Positions 21,672-32,100 of a stretch of DNA of 64,000 nt are shown here, in pieces. Source of the DNA: an uncultured bacterium (lineage in GTDB: Bacteria; Margulisbacteria; WOR-1; CAVSGV01); NCBI GenBank assembly GCA_963768305.1, contig CAVYHE010000010.1, positions 43,997 to 107,996 of the forward strand, written 5' to 3'. Within the stretch, counting starts at the first letter, position 1, and each line of letters starts with the position of its first letter. Both the position numbers and the translations under genes were made by a program. The notes under the pieces were generated by a model that saw only the letters and a list, made by a program, of their open reading frames with translations, did no database searches and was not told where the DNA came from.

Positions 21672-22009
21672 ATGAAAAAGATAGAAGCGATAATCAGGCC
21701 CAGGAAAATAGAGATGTTTGCAGCGCGCTTAATAAAGTGGGGCATCCGGGGATAATGGTGACGGATATAGAAGGTCACGGAAAACAGAAAGGCGTGGAGC
21801 AGCAGGTCCTTGGAAAGACCTATAGAGTGAGCCTTCTCCCAAAAGCCCGCATAGAATTAATAGTTAAAGATTCGGAAGTTGGCAATATTGTAACTGCGAT
21901 CAAGAATGCCGCATACTCCGGCAAAGTGGGTGATGGGAAAATATTCATTCATCCGGTGGAAGATGCGATAAGGGTACGCACGGGAGAACAGGGGGACAAT
22001 GCGATCTGA
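21672..22009 (+). CDS. PII-family nitrogen regulator (frameshift near 21710)
   Basis: [37 protein letters not shown] and IRVRTGE. Confidence 0.88.
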
Positions 22010-22010
22010 A

Positions 22011-22223
22011 ATGAATATTGAACGGCCGCTCGATCATGAATTAGTAAAAAAGTCCGGCAATATCTTAATGGGGATCATGATTTTGACAGACATAATGATG
22101 GTTGTATTGATCGTTACCATTATATTGGGAATATTAGGTTTGTTGCAGCATTGGCTATTGAGCTTCGCATTGATCCTTTTATCTTTGTTCGTCTCTTATA
22201 AGTTAACTAAAAGCTGTTTGTGA
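22011..22223 (+). CDS. Small two-TM hypothetical protein
   Basis: Starts 1 bp after the PII stop and has two hydrophobic helices. Confidence 0.5.
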   Translation: MNIERPLDHELVKKSGNILMGIMILTDIMMVVLIVTIILGILGLLQHWLLSFALILLSLFVSYKLTKSCL

Positions 22224-22248
22224 ACAAATATGCTCATTAACTTGAGCG

Positions 22249-22293
22249 AAGGCCGCTTCTTTATCGCTAACACCCTTAGAGAGCGGCCTTTTT
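22249..22293 (+). terminator. Probable intrinsic terminator
   Basis: AAGGCCGCT...AGCGGCCTT stem followed by a T-run. Confidence 0.55.
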
Positions 22294-22294
22294 A

Positions 22295-22374
22295 TACATA
22301 AATGTAGTCAAAATTTGATCAAAATACAAAAATGTCATATTTTATGAGTATTCCCACGCGGCATCATAATTGCT
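22295..22374 (+). promoter_or_regulatory. Paired activator boxes plus sigma54 promoter for amtB1-glnK
   Basis: TACATAAATGTA at 22295, TACAAAAATGTC at 22325, and CGGCATCATAATTGCT (GG 22360, GC 22372). Confidence 0.75.
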
Positions 22375-22420
22375 ACATATTGATGTGAGTTCAAAATATG
22401 TTCCAAGGAGGGTGTTAGCA

Positions 22421-23647
22421 ATGATAAATACTGGAGATACCGCATGGGTCCTCATTTCGACCGCATTGGTAATTTTAATGACGCCGGCATTGGGATTCTT
22501 TTACGGGGGAATGGTGAGAAAGAAGAATCTTCTTTCCACTGTAATGCTCTCGGTGGCGATACTGGTCCTGATATCTGTCCAATGGGTTTTATACGGATAT
22601 ACTCTGGCTTTCGGACCTGACAAAGGCGGTCTTATCGGCGGGCTTCAATGGCTGGGTCTTATCGGGGTAGGCCAGCTGCCTAATCCGGCTTATGCCCCAA
22701 CGATACCGCATCTTGCTTTCATGGTCTTCCAGATGGCATTTGCGGTAATCACGCCTGCGTTTGATAACAGGAGCTTTTGTTGAGAGGATCAATTTTCCGG
22801 GATTTCTGGTGTTTACATTGTTCTGGTCAACTTTCGTATATGATCCCGTCGCGCACTGGGTGTGGGGGATGGGAGGATTTTTAAGGAATATGGGAGCTCT
22901 TGATTTCGCCGGAGGTACCGTCGTTCATATTACCGCAGGACTTTCAGCGCTGGCGCTGGCGATTGTCATAGGCAAACAGAAAAGGATACGGCAAATTCCC
23001 GATGGAGCCTTCGAATATACCTTTGACAGTTCTTGGCGCGTTCCTTCTCTGGTTCGGATGGTTCGGGTTCAACGGCGGCTCGGCTCTTTCAGCCGGAGGG
23101 CTTGCCACATCGGCGCTTGTCGTCACAAATACTGCGGCAGCCGCAGCCGGACTGGTTTGGATGATAATAAGCTGGATACATAAAAGACCGTCCGTGCTGG
23201 GCTTTCTACCGGCGTAGTTGTCGGACTTGTTGCCATAACTCCTGCTTCAGGATTTGTAAGCCCGCTTTCAGCATTAGCTATCGGAGCGGTTGCGGCGATA
23301 ATTTCATATTATGCGATCATCATTAAGGACTAAAATCAGGCTTGATGAATCACTCGATGTTTTCGCCTGCCACGGCATGGGAGGAATAACCGGAGCTCTT
23401 TTGACCGGAGTGTTCGCCGAAAAAGCGATAAATCCTGCCGGCGCTAATGGATGGTTCTTCGGCAATCCTCATCAGTTCGTCGTGCAGTGCATAGCGGTCG
23501 CGACAGTTGTCGTGTTTTCATTCGTCGGGGCATTTATCATGGCAAAAGTGGTTGACGCGGTATTTCAGCATGAGAGTGCGCGAGAGCGAAGAAGATGTCG
23601 GGCTGGATATTTCGCAGCACGGCGAGACGTTAGTAAAGGAGGCATAG
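22421..23647 (+). CDS. amtB: Ammonium transporter AmtB (several apparent frameshifts)
   Basis: [46 protein letters not shown] and QHGE. Confidence 0.92.
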
Positions 23648-23989
<342 letters not shown>

Positions 23990-23991
23990 AT

Positions 23992-24127
23992 AACAAATTT
24001 GTATAAATTATTAACCATATTTTGATGATTTATACATTTTCGTAGGTGAAATTTGCGCATTTGGTCAAATTTTAGCCGTTGTTATGTTTAAAATTTAACC
24101 ATCTAAAATTTAGGCAACATTATTGCT
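23992..24127 (+). promoter_or_regulatory. Paired activator boxes plus sigma54 promoter for amtB2-glnK
   Basis: AACAAATTTGTA at 23992, TACATTTTCGTA at 24033, and AGGCAACATTATTGCT (GG 24113, GC 24125). Confidence 0.7.
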
Positions 24128-24161
24128 GTTACCTTCATTAAATGAAGGGAGAACTACAATA

Positions 24162-25376
24162 ATGGTAAATTCCGGAGATACCGCCTGGGTTTTGATCTCA
24201 ACCGCGCTCGTGATCCTGATGACCCCCGCTCTTGGATTTTTTTACGGCGGAATGGTGAGAAAAAAGAACATTCTTTCCACGATCATGCTTTCCGTAGCGA
24301 TACTGATGCTTATTTCCATCCAATGGGCGTTTTACGGTTACACTATCTCTTTTGGTGCGGATCACGGCGGTTTGATCGGCGGACTTAACTGGCTTGGGCT
24401 GAACGGCGTAGGGCAGGCTCCGTATGCCGCTTATGCGCCTACAATACCCCATCTGGCTTTTATGATATTCCAGATGGCTTTCGCTGTAATAACTCCGGCA
24501 TTGATAACAGGCGCTTTTGTCGAAAGAGTAAGCTTTTCAGGCTTCCTGGTATTTTCATTGGTTTGGGCAAGCATTGTTTATGATCCTGTCTGCCACTGGA
24601 TGTGGGGGATAGGCGGATTCTTAAGGAATCTGGGCGCGCTTGATTTTGCGGGAGGATCGGTTGTTCACATGACGGCCGGTTTTTCCGCTCTTGCACTTGC
24701 TCTTGTGATAGGAAAAAGGAAAGGTTACGGAAAGGTCCCGATGGAGCCTTCCAATATTCCCCTGACGGTCCTTGGAGCTTTTCTTTTGTGGTTCGGATGG
24801 TACGGATTTAACGGCGGTTCCGCATTGTCTTCCGGCGGGCTTGCTACTGCTGCAATTGTTAACACTACTCTTGCAGGAGCGGCGGCGGGACTTATCTGGA
24901 TGGTGGTCAGCTGGATCCATAAAAGGCCGAGCATCCTCGGCGTTTCCACAGGAGCCATTGTCGGGCTTGCAACCATCACTCCCGCGTCCGGATATGTAAG
25001 CCCAATGTCATCGATAATCATCGGTTCAATAGCGGCCATCATTTCTTATTATGCGATCATTTTCAGAGTGAAAACGGGACTGGACGAATCATTGGACGTT
25101 TTCGCTTGCCATGGGATGGGAGGAATGTTCGGGATGCTTTGTGTCGGCCTTTTTGCCGAGAAAGCCGTGAACCAGGCTGGAGCGAATGGCCTCTTTTCGG
25201 GAAATCCGGGCCAGCTCGGCGCGCAGGTGATAGCCATTGTGGTGGTAGCGGTATTCGCATTTGTTCTTTCGTATATCATGGGTAAAGTGATCGATGCTAT
25301 TTTCATTCTTCGAGCCAGGGAAACTGAAGAAGATGTCGGAATGGATATTTCCCAGCACGGTGAGACTATATATTAA
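24162..25376 (+). CDS. amtB: Second ammonium transporter AmtB
   Basis: Intact ORF with the twin His (VVHM, ACHG), closely similar to amtB1. Confidence 0.95.
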   Translation: MVNSGDTAWVLISTALVILMTPALGFFYGGMVRKKNILSTIMLSVAILMLISIQWAFYGYTISFGADHGGLIGGLNWLGLNGVGQAPYAAYAPTIPHLAFMIFQMAFAVITPALITGAFVERVSFSGFLVFSLVWASIVYDPVCHWMWGIGGFLRNLGALDFAGGSVVHMTAGFSALALALVIGKRKGYGKVPMEPSNIPLTVLGAFLLWFGWYGFNGGSALSSGGLATAAIVNTTLAGAAAGLIWMVVSWIHKRPSILGVSTGAIVGLATITPASGYVSPMSSIIIGSIAAIISYYAIIFRVKTGLDESLDVFACHGMGGMFGMLCVGLFAEKAVNQAGANGLFSGNPGQLGAQVIAIVVVAVFAFVLSYIMGKVIDAIFILRARETEEDVGMDISQHGETIY

Positions 25377-25461
25377 TAAATGAATAATGGGGGAGTATTG
25401 AGGAGTTCCCCCCTCAAATTTCCCCGAGATAAAGAAAATGAAATGTCAGGGAGGATAGTAA

Positions 25462-25800
25462 ATGAAAAAGATCGAAGCGATAATCAGGGTGGAAAAACTG
25501 GAAGAGGTCAAAACGGAGCTCGAAAAAGCCGGGTTTGTCGGCCTGACGGTCACTGAAGTAAAGGGTAGGGGCGCGCAAAAAGGCATTATGCTTGAGTGGC
25601 GGGCGGGCGAATACAGGGTTGAGTTCCTTCCCAAATTAAAGCTGGAGCTTGTGGTAAATGATCCCAAGCTCAATGAGGCGCTGGATATCATATCTAAAAC
25701 CGCGCGGACCGGAAAGATAGGCGACGGAAAGATCTTTGTTTCCGATATTTCAAAAGTTATCAGGATCAGGACAGGAGAGTCAGGAGAGATAGCGGTATAG
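25462..25800 (+). CDS. glnK: Second PII protein GlnK
   Basis: 112 aa with the same T-loop as 23651-23989 ([24 protein letters not shown]). Confidence 0.92.
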   Translation: MKKIEAIIRVEKLEEVKTELEKAGFVGLTVTEVKGRGAQKGIMLEWRAGEYRVEFLPKLKLELVVNDPKLNEALDIISKTARTGKIGDGKIFVSDISKVIRIRTGESGEIAV

Positions 25801-25809
25801 ATCAGGCAG

Positions 25810-25921
25810 TACAAAATTGTATCGTTCCCCCTGATCAGGAACAAAAATGTGTTTATTGACAAGTGGCCAATGTCACAATTTGGCTTTATTTAGGCAAAAA
25901 AATACTGGAATGAAAGTTGCT
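25810..25921 (+). promoter_or_regulatory. Paired activator boxes plus sigma54 promoter for glnA1
   Basis: TACAAAATTGTA at 25810, AACAAAAATGTG at 25840, and TGGAATGAAAGTTGCT (GG 25907, GC 25919). Confidence 0.75.
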
Positions 25922-25999
25922 ACGTAAGTAGTTGGTCGAACTTCATTTTCCAGAATAGCGTGCAGTGTTTGAAAAATACACAAAGGAGGAAAAATAATA

Positions 26000-27439
26000 A
26001 TGAGCATGTTAGCAAACGCGAAGACAGCGACAGAAGTCATAAAATTCGCAAAAGACAAGGGCCTGCAGATTTTTGATTTTAAGTTCAACGATTTACCGGG
26101 ACTCTGGCAACATTTTTCAGGGCCAATTACTGATCTAGAGGAGGGGATGTTCAAGGACGGTCTCGGGTTTGACGGATCTTCAATAAGAGGTTTCCAGAAG
26201 ATACAGGAATCCGATATGCTGCTTATCCCCGATCATACCACAGCCTGTATCGATCCCATTTGCAAGGTCCCGACCCTTTCCCTGGTTTGCGATATCCTTG
26301 ATCCTATTACAAAAAAGCCGTATACAAGGGATCCCAGGTATATGGCGAAGAAAGCAGAAGAATATTTAAAATCTTCCGGGGTGGCGGATAATGCATATTT
26401 TGGGCCTGAGCTTGAGTTCTTCCTGTTCAATGACATCAGGTTCGATCAGACTGAGAACAGCGGGTACTATTTTATCGATTCTAACGAGGGAGACTGGAAT
26501 TCAGGGCGCGACGAAAAGCCCAATTTGGGGTATAAACCCAGGTATAAGGAAGGCTATTTCCCTGTTCCGCCGCATGATTCTCTTCAGGACCTGCGCAGCC
26601 AGATAATCCTTCTAATGAACGAGGTAGGATTGAACGCTGAGATACACCATCATGAAGTTGCTACGGCAGGCCAGTGCGAAATAGACATGCGTTACAACAC
26701 TCTCCTGAAGATGGCCGACAATGCGCTGATGTTCAAATATATAGTCAAGAACATTGCGAAAGCGTCGAATATGGTGGCTACCTTTATGCCGAAGCCACTT
26801 TTCGGCGATAATGGATCGGGCATGCACGTGCATCAAAGCTTGTGGAGAGAAGGAAAACCGCTGTTCTTTGACGCCAAAGGTTATGGAATGATCAGCCAGC
26901 TTGCCAAATATTATGCCGGCGGACTTCTCAAACATGCGGCCTCTTTACTTGCTTTCTGCGCCCCAACGACAAATTCATATAAAAGGCTGGTTCCCGGGTA
27001 TGAAGCTCCGGTGAACCTTGTCTATTCACAAAGGAACAGGAGTGCCGCTGTGAGGATACCGATGTACTCCGAAAACCCAAAGACAAAGAGATTGGAATTC
27101 AGGCCGCCGGACCCGTCAGCGAACCCGTATCTTGCTTTCTCGGCCATGCTTATGGCAGGGCTGGACGGGATGACGAACAAGATAGAGCCGCCTGCGCCGG
27201 TCGATAAGAACATATTCGAGGACCTGACGGCAGAAGAAAGGGCAAGGATCAAAACAGTTCCTTCTTCATTAGAGGAATCCATCAATGCGCTGGAAAGGGA
27301 CCATGAATTCCTTTTGAAAGGCGGCGTGTTCACAAAGGACCTGATAGATGTATGGATAGAGTTCAAGCGCCTGAAAGAGATTGACGCAGTAAGGCTTAGA
27401 CCGCATCCGTATGAGTTCTACCTGTATTTTGATACGTAA
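26000..27439 (+). CDS. glnA: Glutamine synthetase type I-beta
   Basis: FDGSSI, GPELEFF, the GSI-beta insertion (YFIDSNEGDWNSG), HHEVA, FMPKP..NGSGMH and NRSA. Confidence 0.96.
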   Translation: MSMLANAKTATEVIKFAKDKGLQIFDFKFNDLPGLWQHFSGPITDLEEGMFKDGLGFDGSSIRGFQKIQESDMLLIPDHTTACIDPICKVPTLSLVCDILDPITKKPYTRDPRYMAKKAEEYLKSSGVADNAYFGPELEFFLFNDIRFDQTENSGYYFIDSNEGDWNSGRDEKPNLGYKPRYKEGYFPVPPHDSLQDLRSQIILLMNEVGLNAEIHHHEVATAGQCEIDMRYNTLLKMADNALMFKYIVKNIAKASNMVATFMPKPLFGDNGSGMHVHQSLWREGKPLFFDAKGYGMISQLAKYYAGGLLKHAASLLAFCAPTTNSYKRLVPGYEAPVNLVYSQRNRSAAVRIPMYSENPKTKRLEFRPPDPSANPYLAFSAMLMAGLDGMTNKIEPPAPVDKNIFEDLTAEERARIKTVPSSLEESINALERDHEFLLKGGVFTKDLIDVWIEFKRLKEIDAVRLRPHPYEFYLYFDT

Positions 27440-27456
27440 AAGGGCATAGTTTACAG

Positions 27457-27490
27457 ATCCGCCCCGACCAAAAATCGGGGCGGATTTTTT
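27457..27490 (+). terminator. Intrinsic terminator after glnA1
   Basis: ATCCGCCCCGA / TCGGGGCGGAT 11-bp stem plus a T-run. Confidence 0.8.
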
Positions 27491-27507
27491 CCGGAGGTAT
27501 CGTAAAA

Positions 27508-27726
27508 ATGGATGATTTCAGCAATATCATAAATTCTATGGACAGCATGTTCTATGAAGACAAAGAAGGAAAGGTCTACAAGCTATTGCTTGAATCATTG
27601 GAAAGGCCGCTTTTTGAAAGCGTCCTCAGATACACGAACGGAAATAAGCTGAAGGCCTCAAGGATCCTCGGGTTGAACAGGAACACATTAAAATCAAGGC
27701 TAAAAAAGCTTGGAATGGCAATGTGA
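27508..27726 (+). CDS. Stand-alone Fis-family HTH protein
   Basis: LERPL..VLRYTNGNKLKASRILGLNRNTLKSRLKKLG, with GGAGG SD. Confidence 0.85.
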   Translation: MDDFSNIINSMDSMFYEDKEGKVYKLLLESLERPLFESVLRYTNGNKLKASRILGLNRNTLKSRLKKLGMAM

Positions 27727-27765
27727 ATTTCTTAATATCCGCAGTATCTTGAACGCTTTTCGGGC

Positions 27766-27794
27766 TGGACAAACCATTTCATCAAATATATAAT
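27766..27794 (+). promoter_or_regulatory. sigma70 promoter for glnA2-gltBD
   Basis: TGGACA-N17-TATAAT. Confidence 0.6.
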
Positions 27795-27849
27795 TCAATT
27801 CCTGTTCCTTATTTTCACGTTCCAGCATATATTTAAAGGAGGGGATCGC

Positions 27850-29175
27850 ATGACGACAAAAGAAGAAATATTAAAGTCCGTAAAAGAAAATGATGTTGAG
27901 TTCATAAGGCTTTGGTTCACGGATATTAACGGAATATTGAAAAGTTTCGCCATCGGGAAGGAAGAGCTGGAGGGGGCATTGACAGAAGGAATGGGTTTTG
28001 ACGGGTCCTCGATCACGGGATTCCAGGATATCGAGGAATCGGACATGATAGCGATACCGGACCCGAGACTTTTGCCATACTTCCGTGGAGGCCGCAGGAA
28101 AAATCCGTGGCAAGGATGATATGCGATATTTACCAGCCGGGAGGGAAGCCTTATGAAGGAGATCCGAGATACATATTGAAAAGGGCCTTGGAAAAAATGA
28201 AGAAAATGGGGTTCGACCATTTTTATGTAGGGCCTGAGCTTGAATATCTTCTATTTCAAGAATTCCGATAAGCCGGAGATAATCGACCAGGGCGGATATT
28301 TTGACCTTACCCCTCTGGATATGGCTTCGAACCTCAGGAGAGAGACGGTCCTCGCGCTCAAATCGCTCGGCATCCACGTGGAATACAGCCATCACGAAGT
28401 CGCTCCTTCCCAGCATGAGATAGATATGCGATACGCCGACGGTCTTGGAATGGCGGATAATGTCGTGACCTATAAGCTGACGGTGAAAGAGATCGCGAAC
28501 AAGAACGGTGTTTACGCCAGCTTCATGCCGAAGCCGATGTTCGGGCAGAACGGTAGCGGAATGCACTGCCATCAATCGCTTTTCAAAGGCAAATCGAACA
28601 TGTTCTTTGACGCGAAAGATAAATACAATCTCTCGGAGATTGGAAAATCATATATCGCCGGAATTTTAAAGCATGCGCCGGAAATGATCTCGATACTTGC
28701 CCCGTGGGTCAATTCATATAAAAGGCTTGTCCCAGGTTACGAGGCTCCTGTTTACATCGCCTGGTCCAGAAGGAACAGGTCCGCGCTGATAAGGGTTCCT
28801 ATGTACCAGCCCGGCAAAGAAGTAGCGACCCGAATGGAGCTTAGGTGCCCGGATCCGTCCGGAAATCCCTATCTTCAATTCGCGGTCATGCTGTCAGCCG
28901 GATTGAAAGGGATAAAGGAAGGCTACAAGCTTGCCGAACCGATGGAATTGAACCTTTATCACCTGACTGATGAAGAGCGGAAAGAAAAAGGGATCAAATC
29001 CCTTCCGGCTTCGCTGGGAGAAGCGATAGAGCTGGCAGAAAAATCCGAGTTCCTGAAGGAAGTGCTCGGCGAACACAGCTTTAACCGATTCATCGCCATT
29101 AAAAAGCAGGAGTGGGATGAATTCAGGATCCAGGTCACCGAATACGAGATCAAGAGATATTTCCCGATATTATAA
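27850..29175 (+). CDS. glnA: Glutamine synthetase type I-alpha (frameshifts near 28070-28240)
   Basis: FIRLWFTDING, FDGSSI, DQGGYFD, HHEVAPSQHEID and NGSGMH. It lacks the GSI-beta insertion. Confidence 0.92.
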
Positions 29176-32100
29176 TGGCCGAAAGAGCGCGACAATAAAG
29201 TGCCGTATTCCGATAAAACATATGGTCTGTATGACCAGCGATTTGAACATGACAGCTGCGGCGTTGGATTTGTCTGCGATGTCAAAGGGAAAAAGATCCA
29301 ATAAGATAGTCGCGCAGGGCCTGGAGGTATTAAGAAGCCTGGCGCACAGGGGAGCCACAGGCGCGGACCCGAAGACCGGCGACGGAGCCGGCATCCTTAT
29401 CCAGATCCCCGACGCGTTCTTCAGAAAGATCGCTAAAAAAGAAAATTTCGATCTCCCCGCCGCCGGCGAATACGGCACTGGCCTGATATTCCTTCCGACT
29501 AATTCCAAAGAGAAACAATTCTGCAAACAGGTGCTGGCAAAGTCGGTCAAAAAATTCGGGCAGGTATTGATCGGGTGGCGTAAGGTGCCCGTCGAAAGCG
29601 CGGTCATAGGCGTGACGGCAAGGGAGACTGAGCCCGCGATCGAACAGGTCTTCATCGGAAAAAGCAAAGGCGTAAAAGAACAGATCGAACTTGAACGAAA
29701 ATTGTACCTCATCGGAAAGACGCCGAAAATCTTATCCGCGGATCCGCCCTGAAACAAAAGTCGTTCTTTTACATCACAAATCTTTCATGCAGGACCTTCT
29801 CATATAAAGGGCTGCTGATGCCGGAGCAGGTCGAGGAATATTTCATTGACCTGAAGGATGAGACTATCAAGAGCGCGATATGCCTCGTGCATTCCAGGTA
29901 TTCAACCAATACTTTCCCGACCTGGGACCTGGCCCAGCCGTTCAGGTTCCTGGCGCATAACGGCGAGATAAACACTCTCCGCGGCAACATAAACTGGATG
30001 AAGGCGAAAGAAGGCCTGTTTAAAGAGCGGACTTTTCGGCAAGGACATTGAAGAGTTGAAGCCCGTCATAGTCCCCGGCGGCAGCGATTCCGCGGCGCTG
30101 GACAATGCTTTTGAGCTTCTGACACTTTCCGGCAGGTCCATCCAGCACGCGATGATGATGCTTATTCCCGCTGCGTGGCAACAGAATGACCACCTGGACG
30201 AAAAAGCCGAGGATTTTTATCAGTATCCATGCCTGCCTGACGGAATCGTGGGACGGGCCGGCGGCGATCGCTTTCACCGACGGAACGCAGATCGGCGCCG
30301 TGCTGGACAGGAACGGCTTGAGGCCGGCCAGATACATAATCACGAAAAAGGGCCTCGTGGTCATGGCTTCGGAGGTCGGTGTTTTGAAGATCGACCCGGC
30401 GGATATCCTGAGATCCGGGCGGCTTGAACCCGGGAAAATGTTCTTTATCGATACCGAGCATGGGCGGATAATCGACGACAGCGAAATAAAAGAGAAAATG
30501 GCTTCGTCAAAGCCATACGGCGAGTGGCTTAAAGCGAATCTTGTTGACCTGGACGAACTGCCGAAAAAGAACATCGGATCAAAACTTCCGATGACATTAT
30601 TCCGCTGATGAAGGCGTTCGGCTACACAAGAGAAGACCTGAACATGATAATGAAGCCGATGGCTGAAGCCGGTGCGGAGCCTGTCGGCGCCATGGGCGAC
30701 GATGCCCCGCACGCGATACTTTCAAAAAGGCCTCAGCTTCTTTTCAGGTATTTCAAGCAGCTTTTCGCGCAGGTCACGAATCCCGCGATAGACCCTATAA
30801 GCGAAGAAATCGTCATGAGCCTGGAGAACTTTATCGGCCCGGAAAAGAATTTCCTGGATGAAACCCCGTCGCACTGCCAGGAAGCTCAGGATAAGCCACC
30901 CTATCCTTACAAATGACGAGCTTGAAAAGATCAAAAGTATCAATAAAAAACGGATTTAAGACTAAGGTCATATCTTTGCTTTTCAGCCTGAAGAAAAAAC
31001 AGGGGCTATTAAAGCTCTGGACAGGATATGTGAGGAAGCTGTGGCCGCTATAAAGAACGGCTATTCGTTCATCATTCTAAGCGACAGGGGAGTGAATCAA
31101 AATATGCCGCTTTGCCGATACTGCTCGGTACGGGAGCCGTCCATCATCATCTGGTAAGGAGATCGCTCAGGACGCAGATCGGTATAATAGTTGAGAGCGG
31201 CGAGCCAAGGGAAGTGCATCATTTCGCCCTGCTTTTTGGTTATGGTGCGGATGCCGTCAATCCATATCTGGCATATGGCATAGTTGAAAAAATGGCAAAT
31301 GACGGCGAACTGCAGATGGACCGCGAAAGCGCCGTAAAAAAATACAGGAAGGCCGTCGACAAAGGCATATTGAAAATACTCTCAAAAATGGGGATATCCA
31401 CTCTTCAAAGCTACCGCGGCGCGCAGATATTCGAAGCGATTGGGCTTGGCCGCGAGGTGATAGACAGATGTTTTACCGGCACTGTTTCCAGGATAGGCGG
31501 GGCAGGTTTTGACATCGTGGCAAAAGAAGTGACGATAAGGCATGACGAGGCTTACCCGGACAGAACGGGCGGCAACATTATCCTTGATGTCGGCGGCTTT
31601 TATAAGTGGAAGAGGGACGGGGAATTCCATCTCTGGAACCCGGATAGCATCGCCGCATTGCAGGACGCGACCAGGACGAACGATTATGAAAAATACAAGG
31701 AATTCGCCGGACTCATCAACGACCAGTCAAAAAATCCGACCACATTAAGAAGCTTGTTGAAATTCAAAAAATGCCAACCCGATCCCGCTGGATGAAGTGG
31801 AACCGGAAGACAAAATAGTAAAGCGTTTTGTCACGGCGCCATGAGCTTCGGCTCCATAAGCAGGAGCACACGAATCGCTGGCGATCGCGATGAACAGGCT
31901 TGGCGGAAGGTCAAATACCGGTGAGGGCGGCGAAGATCCCGCGAGGTTCTCCCGCTGCCGAACGGCGATTCGATGAGAGTCCGGTAAAGCAGGTGGCTTC
32001 CGGCAGGTTCGGCGTAACGACAAATTATCTCGTCAATGCGGATGAGCTGCAGATAAAGATCGCGCAGGGCGCGAAGCCGGGCGAAGGCGGGCAGCTTCCC

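Noticed and set aside
21658..21755. Apparent fusion of a second PII start onto the APC-PII ORF
   Set aside because: Artefact of an indel near 21605. The corrected frame stops at 21657, and the next PII has its own GGAGG SD.
25852..25999. Glutamine (glnA) riboswitch upstream of glnA
   Set aside because: No recognisable riboswitch consensus. The region is explained by the sigma54 promoter, though an Rfam scan was not possible.
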